Positions 26,923 to 38,798 of a stretch of 64,000 nt of DNA are shown here, piece after piece; position 1 is the stretch's first letter; every line of letters begins with the position of its first letter. The stretch spans positions 173,855,741 to 173,919,740 of the forward strand of contig CM041465.1 of assembly GCA_023213395.1 (NCBI GenBank). Reading direction: 5' to 3'. This stretch comes from Cycas panzhihuaensis. Lineage: Eukaryota > Plantae > Cycadophyta. The translations under genes were made by a program, and so were the position numbers. The notes below the pieces were generated by a model. The model was not told the origin of the DNA, did no database searches, and was given only the letters and a program-made list of their open reading frames with translations.

Positions 26923-29900
26923 TCTAGAGCACTATCATCCAGATCAAAAGGGGAGAAGCCCTATATTCCAAAAAAAAATGCACATTCTGAACCTGCAGTT
27001 CAAAAGGACAAACCAAGAGCTTCAAGGGGACAATACAGATCAAAATGTTATGATTGTGGGAAGTTGGGACACATCAAAAAGGATTATTGGGAATGGCAAA
27101 GACAACAGCATTCAGAACAACCTCAACAGCAGCCCCAACAATAGAAGCAACAACGACAATAGCAACCATCTGGAAAACATGGTTATATTACAAATGCATT
27201 CAAGGATACACATGTTGAGATTGCAAAGCGATTGTTTTTTGCAACACGCAAGATGGGTTTTAATGCACAAAATGTCTAGTTTATTGATTCTAGTGAATCA
27301 AAACACATGACTAGCAAACTAGAATGGTTTTTTCATATGTCAAAAGTGAATCAAAAGGTCACCATTGGGGACAACATTGATTTAGAGGCCACTAGAGTTG
27401 AAAAGGTACCATTCATCATGCCAAATGGTAAACAACAATATTTGGAAAATGTTTTGTACATACCAAATCTAGAGGCGAATCGTGTTTCAGTAGGTGAAAC
27501 AACAAGTTATGATCGTTACATCTACTCGAGAACAATGCACAATCCAAGACAAACAAAACAAGGTTGTACCCAAAGAGCTTAGAGAAAATAATTTATACAA
27601 ACAATAAAGACACTCTGAGGTACAAAGAGCATTCTTTATTGTATCTCTAAAATAGAAATTATGGAATGAACGAATGGGTCATTTCAACTACATGAGTCTC
27701 CATTTGATGCATAAGTTGAAAATGGTGCATGATCTTCCTATGATAAATGTTAAAAGGTGTTTATGTGAACCTTACATTTTTTGAAAACAACAGAGAGAGC
27801 CATTTTCGTCGAAGAAAGCGTGGAGAGCCAAAAAAAAGTTAAGATTGGTTCACTAAAATGTCTATAGACCAATGCCTATTGTCTCGCTTGGTAGAGCAAA
27901 ATATTTCGTCACTTTCATTGACAACTTTTCACAGAAAGCATGAGTTTTTTCCACTAAGGGAAAAATTCCAAGATTTCACCTACTTCAAAAAATTTAAGGA
28001 GTTTGTAGAGAATGAAAGTGGACACAAAATTAAGGTCCTGCGAACCGAAAATGGTGGGGAGTACACTTCGAATGAATTCACTCAGTTCTATAAGGATCTT
28101 TTAGACCTTTATGTTTAAAGGTTAAGTGTTGTACTTTATATAGTAACTTTATGTACTTTATGTAAGGGTGCTTTACCACCTAATGTAATAAGCACACACC
28201 CACATTCTTTCTTGTCATGTAATATTATGACTTGAGGGTCAAGGTATCCCTCATGCACTTTCGCACATGTGAGTGCACATGGCTCATAGCATGCATGTTT
28301 GACAAGTGTCAAGCATGCAACCCCCTAAAGTCTCTCCTCCTTCTCTACATATTGGGACCATTTCTCATGTAGAGTATAATGAAAGTAAGGCACTGCATCG
28401 TTATGCTGCTCGTTTGAATACAAGTTAATTGTGTTATATGGAGATAGGAATAATTCCTGCTCCTCCATTTCTATCGTCTTTCATGTACTTGAGTTTATGC
28501 TTGCTTAGTTGCTTGTTCATCTAGTGCCATTGATGTGATGCTAATCATCTTAATCTCTTAGCATACTCCCTATCCAAGAGATCCTAGGTTGTCTTGTGGT
28601 ATTGGAGCACATACCATCTTCATCATTTCATATCAAAGTTGAATTCTAAACTTAATAAGATAATAGAATCAAGAGGCAATTTGCTACTACACGTATGCCT
28701 CAAAAGAATAGAGTTATTAAGCAAATGAATAGAACTTTGGTTGAAAAGTTAAAGCTATGATGAGAGGCAAGGATGTATCAGAATTTTCATGGACAGAAGC
28801 TATGAATACAATTACATATATGATGAATAGAAGCAATACAAGGCTATTGGGAATATAACACTTAATGAGGCCTGGTCAAATAAGAAGCCAATTGTTTGTA
28901 AACTAAGAGTTTTTGGGTGTATTGCATACATGTACACCCCCAAGGAAAAATGACGGAAATTGAACAATAAAAGAACAAAGTGCATCCTTGTTGGATACTA
29001 TGATGAAAGCAAAGCATACAGAGTATACAAGTTGTGGACTTGTCTATACAATTTGTGATCTAATCTTTCATGAAGATGAGAGTTTGGATGTTGATTTAAT
29101 TGATGTTGAGGACCAGGTAGATGTGCTGCCTGAATGCAATTATTTGTGTGAACTTACTCAACTTGAATATGAGCCATTTGACATTGTTCAGGCAACAGAG
29201 TTAGAATCCTTTCAAGTTCTAAAATTTGAATCTGAGCAAAAGTCTAAGGCAGAGTTGAAGTCAAAGCTAAAGATATTGTCTGAATCTTCACCTTCATCTT
29301 CATAGAAAAAGCTTTCAAAATGATATTCGAAAACCATGGAGGATGCTGAAAAGTTGTTACCTGATTCCAAGCGAAAGCAAAAGTCAAAATTGTGACCTTC
29401 TAAACAAGTGAACATGGCTCTTATGACATGTGTGTTAGATGTTGATGAACCATCTACAACTAAAGAACCCATCAAAAAGTAGAAGTGGAATGACACTGTG
29501 GATTCTGAAATCCAAGCTATCAGTAAGAACCACACATGGGATTTGGTTGAATTATCTACTAACAAGCATGCAATCGGTTGCAAATGAAACTACAGGACTA
29601 AATTCAAATCTAGCGCATCTGCAAACAAATATAGAGCTCGACTTGTAGCAATAGGCTTCAAGCAACAAGAACGGATCAACTACCAAGAAACATTCACTCC
29701 TGTTGCAAAAATGAATACTATATGCCTCATTATGACAATGGTTACATAATTCAATTGGTAGCTTCACTAGATGGATGTAAAAAATGCATTCTTGAATGGG
29801 GATCTAACTGAAGAAGTCTACATGGAGTGGCCACCTGGCTTTATAAAAAAAGGTTAAGAGCACTTACTATGCCGATTGAGGAAGGCCTTGTATAGCCTGA

Positions 29901-30935
29901 AAAAGGCTCCTACAATCTAGTATGAAAAGATTGATCAATACTTTTTAAAAATTGGATTTGAGAGATCTCTAATTGACTCAAATCTATACATCAAAACAGA
30001 AAATACTAAAATTATGCTTATGGTGTAGTACGTTGACAATCTACTGATCATAGGTAATAATATTGATATAATATCAAACTTGAAAGTATATCTTAGTCAT
30101 TTCTTCGAGATGATGGATCTGGAAATTCTACACTACTTCCTTGGACTGGAAGTATGGCAAAGGCCTAAACATGTCTTCATCTCGTAAGAAAAATACACTT
30201 GTGAAATTCCAAAGAAATTTAGAATGGTTGATAGCAAACTAGTGCCTACCTGCATGGAAGTAGGTTCCAAATTGACAACAAAATATGGTGGAGCAGATGT
30301 TGATCCAACAATGTACAGACAACTGGTGGGAAGTCTAATATACCTAATTACTACTAGACTTGATATTTCTTTTGTAATTGAAATGGTGTTTATGTTTATG
30401 GTAGCGCCAAAATAGAGCCACTGGAAAGTTGCAAAGAGAATCCTCAAATACTTGGAAGAGAACGATTCAATACGAGCTTGAATTCAAGCATAATGATAAT
30501 TTCAAGTTAATAGGATTCACAGATTTTAATTAGGCCAGACGTGAAAATAGCAAAAGGTCCACTTCTGGATATTGTTTTAGTTTGGGTTCAGGTATTGCCA
30601 CTTGGAGCAGTAAAAAGCAACTAAAGCTGCTACTAAAACCATTTGGTGATGAAAGATTCTAGTTGGCATGGGACTACTACAATTAGAACCAACCATCTTG
30701 TACTGTGACAATCAAAGTACATTGAAGATTACGAAAAATCATGTGTTGCATGCTCAGACTAAACATATTGAGGTCACCATCACTTCATACATGAAATGAT
30801 TCAAAATTGAGTGATTGAGATGGTGTACAGGCTAACAAAAGAACAATTGGCTAACATCTTCACCAAACGATTAGCACATAATAGATTTCATACTTTCAAT
30901 AATGGTTTACATGCTAGAATAAAAGAAATAAACAT
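26923..30935 (+). pseudogene. pol: Copia-1 remainder: gag zinc knuckle, PR, INT, RT, RNase H (many stops)
   Basis: Motifs as listed for Copia-1; YRQLVGSLIYL..TR.DI and TKHIEV. Confidence 0.92.
28097..28657 (+). mobile_element. Solo-LTR-like insertion (~560 bp) in Copia-1 integrase
   Basis: Splits ..EFTQFYKD|NRIKRQF..; termini and TSD degraded (AAGGA / AAG-A); LTR-like hairpin, TATA and U5. Confidence 0.75.
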
Positions 30936-30945
30936 TATGGGGGAG

Positions 30946-31269
30946 TGTTGACATTTGATGTTTATTGCGGCTCATAACCTTAGGTAATGAACTTCCCCTT
31001 CAATCTTTGTATTTTATTAGTTATCAATTTTATAATGTTATGTGAGTTGGTGAATCATTGGGGGTTACATTCCCACCTCACGTGTCAATCCTTTTGGGAT
31101 CAATATCTCATTTAGGTTTGTACTTAAGCACATACCGTGCATTGTAGAAAGGGAATGAGAGAAGTTTATGGAATGAGATTTATTTCATTTTGTGGAATTA
31201 ATTTTCATTAAGTGATTAAGGTTAATCCATCCATTTGAGTTTTCTCCATGTTAATTTTGAATTCCTACA
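30946..31269 (+). repeat. Copia-1 3' LTR
   Basis: PPT GGGGGAG at 30939-30945 then TGTTG; probable end ..ATTCCTACA (no partner LTR to confirm). Confidence 0.7.
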
Positions 31270-32204
31270 CCTATAAGATAATAAGGAAATGCATGGAAGA
31301 TCACCATAGGTTATGATGGGAGAACAAATACATTTGTATCAAATATGGAGGAACCTATAAACGATGCTCTAAAGATGGGATACTTTTTGAAACCAATGTT
31401 ATCTAAATTTCAAATAACGTTAGGTCAACATTCAATTAAAACCTGCACTCAAAGAAGGGGCATAGCTTTGTTGCATTAAAGGTAAAATGTATGATGACCA
31501 ACAACAACAGAATAAGGCCTCATCATGCAATAAAGAAACATAGTTGAATAGGTGACTTGAGGACAATAAATTTCATAACATGGACAAACGCGGCAAAAAG
31601 TAAAAGCTAGAAGAAAAAAAAAAAAGAAAAGGAATTAGAAAGTTGAGTAAATGTCTAAAAATAATACAACTCGAGGAAAAACATAATAGATAAATGGCAT
31701 TAAAAGTGTGATACCAACATGCATAATCATCAAGATCAATGGTATAATCATGGTAGCAATCAAGTAAGAAGTGGCCATTAAGGAGGAACGTCCAACATAA
31801 AAACAAATCATATTATCTAGATATTTAAAAAGGTATTATCCTACATGTACAATGTTAACTATGTACTAAATGGTGTCATTATAAAGAGAATTTCCCATTG
31901 AACAGATAATGAGTGGTTTTAAAGAATGTCAACTAGGGGATCATAAGTAGAAAGCTTGCCTACAAAATCCAAAAAACAACAAAACAACCAACACAATCTC
32001 CAAAATAACAAATGACATCAATCTATATATAAGAGCAAATGGAGATTAAACCAATCGAGGCATTAGATATTATTGCAATAGATGTGGCAAGGATAAGACT
32101 TCAAAGGACTTTGCAATTATCTAAACAACTTGGAGTGCCTACATACCCAACATTATTGGGAAGACAATTGTTTTGTGACACAAAAGTAGTATGAGATTGG
32201 GAGA

Positions 32205-32713
32205 CGTGCGAATCCTAGTGAGAATTCACATCAAATGAACTAAATACCTCCAGATCTTTGCTATTTTTTCAAAGCAATTTCCATATATACGATGTAATAT
32301 TATAAGAAATCTATAGCAATAATAAACAGATCTCTGAACATTCATTGAAATATCCTAATCATGGAGATAATAAAAGTGGTTCGATTTTATTCACAAGAAT
32401 CTCCAAGACTTACAAACAATGAATATCACAAATCATATCCTCTTCAAGGTGAGGTGTCCTCCCAAAAACAAACCCCAACAAGGAATACAACTTCAAGAGC
32501 CCTAGAAATACTCCGCCATGATGCTTTCCCAAATGGAGGCAAGGCGCCCTATAAATAGGTATAGTAAATGGTATAGATAGAAATTGGTTTTAAGTTAATA
32601 AAGATAGAGAAAACGATAAGAAAGTAGAGGTCACCCCCAATATGGCTAAAAAAGAGAGAATAAAAAGGTGAAAGAATAGATGAGGTCAATTTGCACTTGG
32701 GAAAAATGTTGCA
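32205..32713 (-). repeat. Element D 3' LTR
   Basis: Roughly 75-80% similar by eye to 50016-50518; adjacent PPT. Confidence 0.82.
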
Positions 32714-32749
32714 AGTCCCCCCTCTTAAGACCATACTTTACCCTCAAAG

Positions 32750-34129
32750 CAAGGGGAGGTGCAAATGCTACTAGTACCATGCTTCTAATTCCCACATGGC
32801 ATTCTCTTCATCGAGGTCCTTCCACTTTATTAGATGCTTATGAAACTCTTTAGAACATATTTGTTTGGTCCTAAACTAGGGGATGCCTTCAAGATCCAAA
32901 ACTAGCTTCCCTTAATAGTCTAAGATGGGGAGCTTGGTCTAGGCCAATGTGGTTTGTTCCCATTTTAGCTTAAGGCATGAGACATGGAGTACATGATGCA
33001 CCTTGGTGCTAGGTGGTAAATCGAACTAATAAGCTACTTCTCCCACCCTGTCCAAAATTTGATGTGGTCCACAAAAATATGGTTATACTCTAAGCTTTCC
33101 TGTTGTTTGAGGGCAACTTATTTGTAAGGTTGAAGCCTTAAAAATACCCATTCTCCCATCTCAAGAGATCGTTCAAATTCGTGCAAATCAACCTGTTGCT
33201 TCATGTGGTTTCTTGCAAAGTTGAGGTTGTTCTTCAGGACTTGTACTATCTAGGTCATTTATTCCTGTTGGTATTATACGGTCAAGACATAGGAGCTATT
33301 GACTCATGTGAGCAGAAAAGGGGGTTCATACTCATCCAAAGCCTAAAAGGGGTTCATCTTTGCTAATGTGAGATAGGTAGTGTGGTACCACCCCTCAACC
33401 GTGTGTAATCACTTGTGCCAGTGTTACTATTTCTCCAATGAGAAATTTCAAAGATAACATTCCAAACATTTGTTCACCGCTTCTATTTGGTTAATTGTTT
33501 GTGCATGATATGTTGTGTTCATTGTGAGCTTGGTGCCCACTTGACAAGACATGTCTTGTAAGAAATTGCTCATAGATTAGGTGTTGCAATCACTTGTTAT
33601 GACCTTAGGAAACCAACGCAAATGATGGCTTTCCATGACGAGCAGGTCAACTATCTGGTTAGCCTTGGTTGTGGATTGAGTACATCTGAAATGAGCATAT
33701 TTGGTTAACTAATCCACCACAACGAAAATTAAGTCTTTGCCTTTTGATTTAGGAAGGTTTGTGACAAAGACCATTGAAATCTCTTCTCACTTATCTAGTA
33801 TGTGTAAGGGTTGAAGTAGTCCTAGAATTCTAATGGTTTCACTTTCATTCCTCTAGAAAACATCGCACTCTGATACAAATTTGTAGACATCTATTTTCAT
33901 TCCCTTCGAAAAAAAAATATCGTGGATTTCTCAATAGTTCTTATCAATGCCTGCATAGCCTAACAGTGGTATTGCATGCACCTCCTAGGGGATCTTATGA
34001 TTAACTGTTGATGTGTAAGGGATAAAGATCTTCCCATGGTGTAATATTAGATCATTTTTCGTCTCTTATTCTTTTTTAATCTCGTCTTGAATTTTTTAGA
34101 GTATTTGTTGATATATTAGATCTTGTAAG
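32750..34129 (-). pseudogene. pol: Element D integrase with GPY/F region and decayed chromodomain
   Basis: Minus strand: ISMVFVTNLPKSKGKDLIFVVVD, CGPHQILDRVGEVAY..LP..KVHHVLHVS.LK. Confidence 0.8.
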
Positions 34130-37100
34130 TGTTAGAATATAATGTTTAATGTATATGTGTCTAAGCAAAGTGTGTCTTAAAGACAATGGTCATAGTCCTA
34201 AGTATTAAGGCCTAGGGGTCATACCTTATAATAATATTGTGTGAAAAGTTAGAAGGTCATTAGTTAATTAGTTGGTAAAATGTCATTGGTTAAGTTAAAG
34301 GTAATTGTCCCACATGCGTCTCATCTCTTGTATGTTCTCCCAACTATGTTGTATATAAAGGTAGTTGAGGTAGTATATGAAAATCAAGTCATCATTGGAA
34401 CTCATGTTGAGTCTATGGGGCATTAATATTTTGGTGTAATCCATTTGTATTATGTTAATACAAGCCTTGCTTTGTTCATTGATATTGTTGGATATTGTTG
34501 GAGTTGAATGCTTTCCATGTTACAATCTAACATGGTATCAAAGCAGGTCATCCTGCTAGAAGAAGATTGAGAGTGGAGAAGTCCAATAAAGGACAAAGTG
34601 TTCAAACAAGGAGGTGGCTCCGTCAAGTCATTGCTAGATTGGAGATTGAATTAAAAGAGAAGTCTCAAGGCCATTGTTGATTTGAATCAAGAATTTTACC
34701 GAGTAATATTATTCCATTTCTTTGTTATGCAGGCTTAATAATGGTACTGTATCTGTTTAGGGTTTATGCTAGAGACCTTATTGGAGAAATTTAAGTTCTA
34801 TAAGTTAGCTATCATAATTATGGAGAAAATCTGCTATTTAGGGTTTGCTCTATAAATATCTATTTAGAATCTGTGTTGAACACTGCTGAGAGCCTCAAGT
34901 GCATGAGAGTGGAACACCGTGTTGAAGAGATAAACAAAGAGCCTGTGTACGTGAAGAACTCTCCAAAAGAAGGGAGATTTGACTGTAAAGAAGAAAGTCG
35001 CCTATGATTGACACAGTGCTTTCAGGGGCATTACTATCTCGTGTATGAGTTTCAGAAGACTCTATTGTCGTACTGTTTACTACGCTGCTCATAGCAAGGG
35101 TTGTTAACAAATTTTAGGCGGCAAGCCACCAAGGCAAAGGGGGTCTGGCTCAACTGTCAATTGTCCTTCAAAAGGAAATCTTGAATGCTGCGGATGTGCT
35201 GAGTCCTCCTGCTCTCCCAAATGTTCAAAATCCCTTGTAATGTATGTCTTCATGTGATCCTTTTCAGAAGATTTGCTAACCAAGTGAAAGCTTTAATCTT
35301 GTAATCCAGCGATAGGAGCAACACCAACACAAGCTTGCCAAAGGAGAGGATTTATCATCTCGAATGGACTTCATTTCTGCATGAGTAAAATCGACTGGTA
35401 AAACTGGTAGATCCCAACCTGGCATTGGAGTATTCCAACAACAAAGTTTGAAATGGTGATTAAAGCAACACTACTTTGCACTCAAGCAACTCCTGTGCTT
35501 TGTCCATCCATGTCTTGTGTTGTGGCAATGCTAACTAGTATTAGGGAGATCATTCCCGTCACTTGTCGACCAGGTATATAACCGATGTGTTCGCTCTTTG
35601 TTCCCACTTAGTTGCATCCCCAGTATTCTATTTGCAACCTGCAACAGTTGCGTGACTAGTGAAGATCGACCAAACTTTGAGCAAGCTCCTCATGTCCTTA
35701 CAACTAGTAAGGACCCTCCAAAACAACCAAGCCACAATGCAAAATCACAGCAATGATTAACCAGGGGGCGATGGAAGGAGAGATCAGCAGCGGTACATTT
35801 AGCAAGACAAACGATTGAAGACTAAGCACAAAGGGAAGGGACGCCCAGACCTATTTCCTATTCAACTCCTCCAAGCCACCTTTGCTCTAGCTCATCATTA
35901 TGATGAATAAAGACACAATTGTGCCTGTAGTGAAAGAACAGGACTTGAGACTTGAATTGCGCCCAGCATGAGGTATATGCATGGAGAGCCTAGCCTTGCA
36001 TGGAAGATAGCAGGAATCTGGGCCCAGACGAGGAAATGAATACGCCCACTAGACCACGCCACCACCTCTCATATGGTTAGGGTTTTTCCTAACGCCTTGA
36101 TATTTTCTAAAGTTGGGATCAAATTAAATTGATTTGAATGAGGCAGGTCGCGTCCATAATCAACATAGATTAAAATATAATTTAAGCTCACAAGGTTACA
36201 ATTATTATTGCCCTTTATAACTTCTCATTGATTATTACCCTTTGATGTTATTCCTTCAAAAGATCTTTATGAGTATTTCTTCAAGATTAGTGAATATAAT
36301 TCATTTGTTGGTAATAAAATAATATTTCAATGGTGATATAAAGAGATTGTATATGGGCAAGTAAGGACAAGCTTTGTGCAAGAAATTTATTGACTAACAA
36401 ACAGGGCAAAATATTTGACAATTAACTTGACATAGCTATGAAGACATAAACCTTGGGTAATGTTCTCTTGCACAACTCAATCACACAGTATGGAGTTAAG
36501 TGAGATTATTACCTTTATAGCAGAGAAAAAGAAGTTTTGGGTAACAGATACCAACATAGTTTTGCCTAAATATGTTGGAGTTAATTTTTGGAGTTGAAAA
36601 ATTAAAATGGAATGCATCTTTAAGATTAAAGGGTTATGAAAAATTGTTCGTGATGGCACTCCAGAGATTAATGAAGAAGAGGAGGAAATTTTTAGAAGGA
36701 AAAACAGAGTAGCTACTGATGTGATGCTTGCAGCTTTCAACAAAGATAACCTTCCTCCTTCTTACCATTTTCTTATCCATACACTTCAAAACACTAACTC
36801 AGCTAAAGAAGTGTGAAACTTATTGAGGGAAGTGTATGAAAAGGGTCTTGAAGAGGTGCAGAAGCCTATCAGGAAGACAAAGAACCAGAAAGAGAATTAC
36901 ATGAACCCGTTTCTGAAAATAAGACAAATGAACACTATTTGCTATCTAAAGACATGATTTCACAAAATGCCTTCAACCTCATCAAGTTAGCAGGAAACTC
37001 TGCATTTGGAATGGAGGTTGAAAGATCTAAAAGTAATCAACTTTTACAAGTGGTACACCTTGGAGACATAGGTACCTTGGTAGAAAGTATGGGCAACATG

Positions 37101-38797
37101 ACCTTAATTTGTGTGGATAGATTTGTTGCCAGGGTTCAAATGATGTCAGGACATACAATTATTTGCACATACATGAGACTCTCTATGAACACATTCAATT
37201 CGGTTGCATTTTTAGTTCCTATGTTTGAAAGAATCCAAATTATGTTGGAATACCCTACAATGACCTTAGAAGATTCATTCAAATGAAGAAAGAACATAAT
37301 TGGAATTTCATTTGATCAAAATCTTGTTTATCAAGATCACTGTGTATTTCAGGTAGGCTACTTAACCATGAGATTCAATCATGCCAAGGTGATGTTCCAT
37401 CTTTGTGTAGCCATAATTGGGAAATATGTGCATGTAGTCATTATGGAAATCCTCATCATATTTGGTACAAAGAATTTTTTTGATAATATGGAGAGAACAA
37501 AGCATCTTGTTGGCTCTGGACATGTAGCTGGATAAGTGAAGCTAAAAAAGGAATCATTATTCCTCCTTTCCTTTCAAGGAAATGCTCATTGGCTCGAGAA
37601 GTTGATCATCCTAGCAGACTTGGAGATAAACAAGGAGTCCATTCTTTTCATAGATATTATCTCATTTGATCTAGGAAACAAAAATCGAGAGAGACCACAC
37701 CTACAGTTGGAATACACAGGAGATGTCACCAAACAGGAAGCAAGAAGTGACAGAACAGACATAGCATATAGACTTTGCAGCATTTCAATTGAAGATCAAG
37801 TTTATGACCTCATCTTCAAACAAGTTCCAAGACTCAGGCTGTGGAAATTCGAACAACACTTCAAAGTCAAGGTTTATGTCAATTTGTGTCAGTCATGTCA
37901 GTCAGTACTTAAAAGTAGGTGTCATAATGTCCGCGGTAGTCAATATACTTATGGTCATGACATTAAACATTAAGGGGAGGTGTTAGAATATAATGTTTAA
38001 TGTATATGTATCTAAGTAAAGTGTGTCTTAGAGATAATAGTCATAGTCCTAAGTATTAAGGTCTAGGGGTCATACCTTATAATAATATTGTGTGGAAAGT
38101 TAGAAGGTCATTAATTAATTAGTTGGTAAAATGTCATTGGTTAAGTTAAAGGTAATTGTCCCACATACGTCTCATCTCTTGTATGTTCTAGCATCTATGT
38201 TGTTATATAAAGGTGGTTGAGGTAGTATATGAAAATCAAGTCATCATTTGGACTCATGTTGAGTCTATGGTGCATTACTGTTTTGGTGTAATTTGTTTGT
38301 GTTATGTTAATACAAACCTTGTTTTGTTCATTGATATTGTTGCATATTGTTAGAGTTGAATGCTTTCCATGTTAAAATCTAACATGGTATGAAAGTAGGT
38401 CATCCTACTAGAAGAAGATTGAGAGTGGAGAAGTCCAATAAAGGACAAAGTGTTCAAGCAAGGAGGTGGCTCTGTCAAGTCATTGCTAGATTGGAGATCA
38501 AATTAGAAGAGAAGTCTCAAGGCCATTATTGATTTGAATCAAGAATTTTACAGGGTAATATTATTCCATTTCTTTGTTATGCAGGCCTAATAATGGTGCT
38601 ATATCTATTTAGGGTTTATGCTGAAGACCTTCTTGGAGAAATTTAAGTTCTGGAGTTAGTTATCATAATTATGGAGAAAATATGTTGTTTAAGGTTTGCT
38701 CTGTAAATATTTGTTTAGAATTTGTGTTGAACACTATTGAGAGCCTCAAGTGCATGAGAGTGGAATGTTGTGTTGAAGAAATAAACAAAGAGCCTGT
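34130..38797 (+). mobile_element. Element F: non-autonomous copia derivative in tandem arrangement LTR-internal-LTR-(partial internal)
   Basis: LTRs 34130-34532 and 37981-38384, each followed by a Met PBS (TGGTATCAAAGC / TGGTATGAAAG); PPT AAGGGGAGG at 37972-37980; gag relic (NFWS.KIKMECIFKIKGL.KIV) at ~36570-36850; RNase H tail relic at ~37760-37870. Confidence 0.85.
35305..35590 (+). pseudogene. Captured fragment of a receptor-like kinase C-terminus (LRR-VIII-like) inside element F
   Basis: Translation: S(D)RSNTNTSLPKERIYHLEW..LHE*NRLVKLVDPNLALEYS..VIKATLLCTQATPVLCPSMSCVVAMLT..RPG; resembles kinase subdomains X-XI (ALLCTQ..RP.MS.VVAML). Confidence 0.85.
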
Positions 38798-38798
38798 A

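Larger units (their letters stand above)
7793..31269 (+). mobile_element. Ty1/copia element (Copia-1), interrupted by gypsy A and a solo LTR; 5' LTR not recognisable
   Basis: gag (NYTSWKHHM..LWKYV), zinc knuckle KCYDCGKLGHIKKD, protease IDS..SKHMT, integrase IKVLRTENGGEY, RT MDVKNAFLNG, RNase H YCDNQS, then PPT and 3' LTR: copia order PR-INT-RT-RH. Confidence 0.93.
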
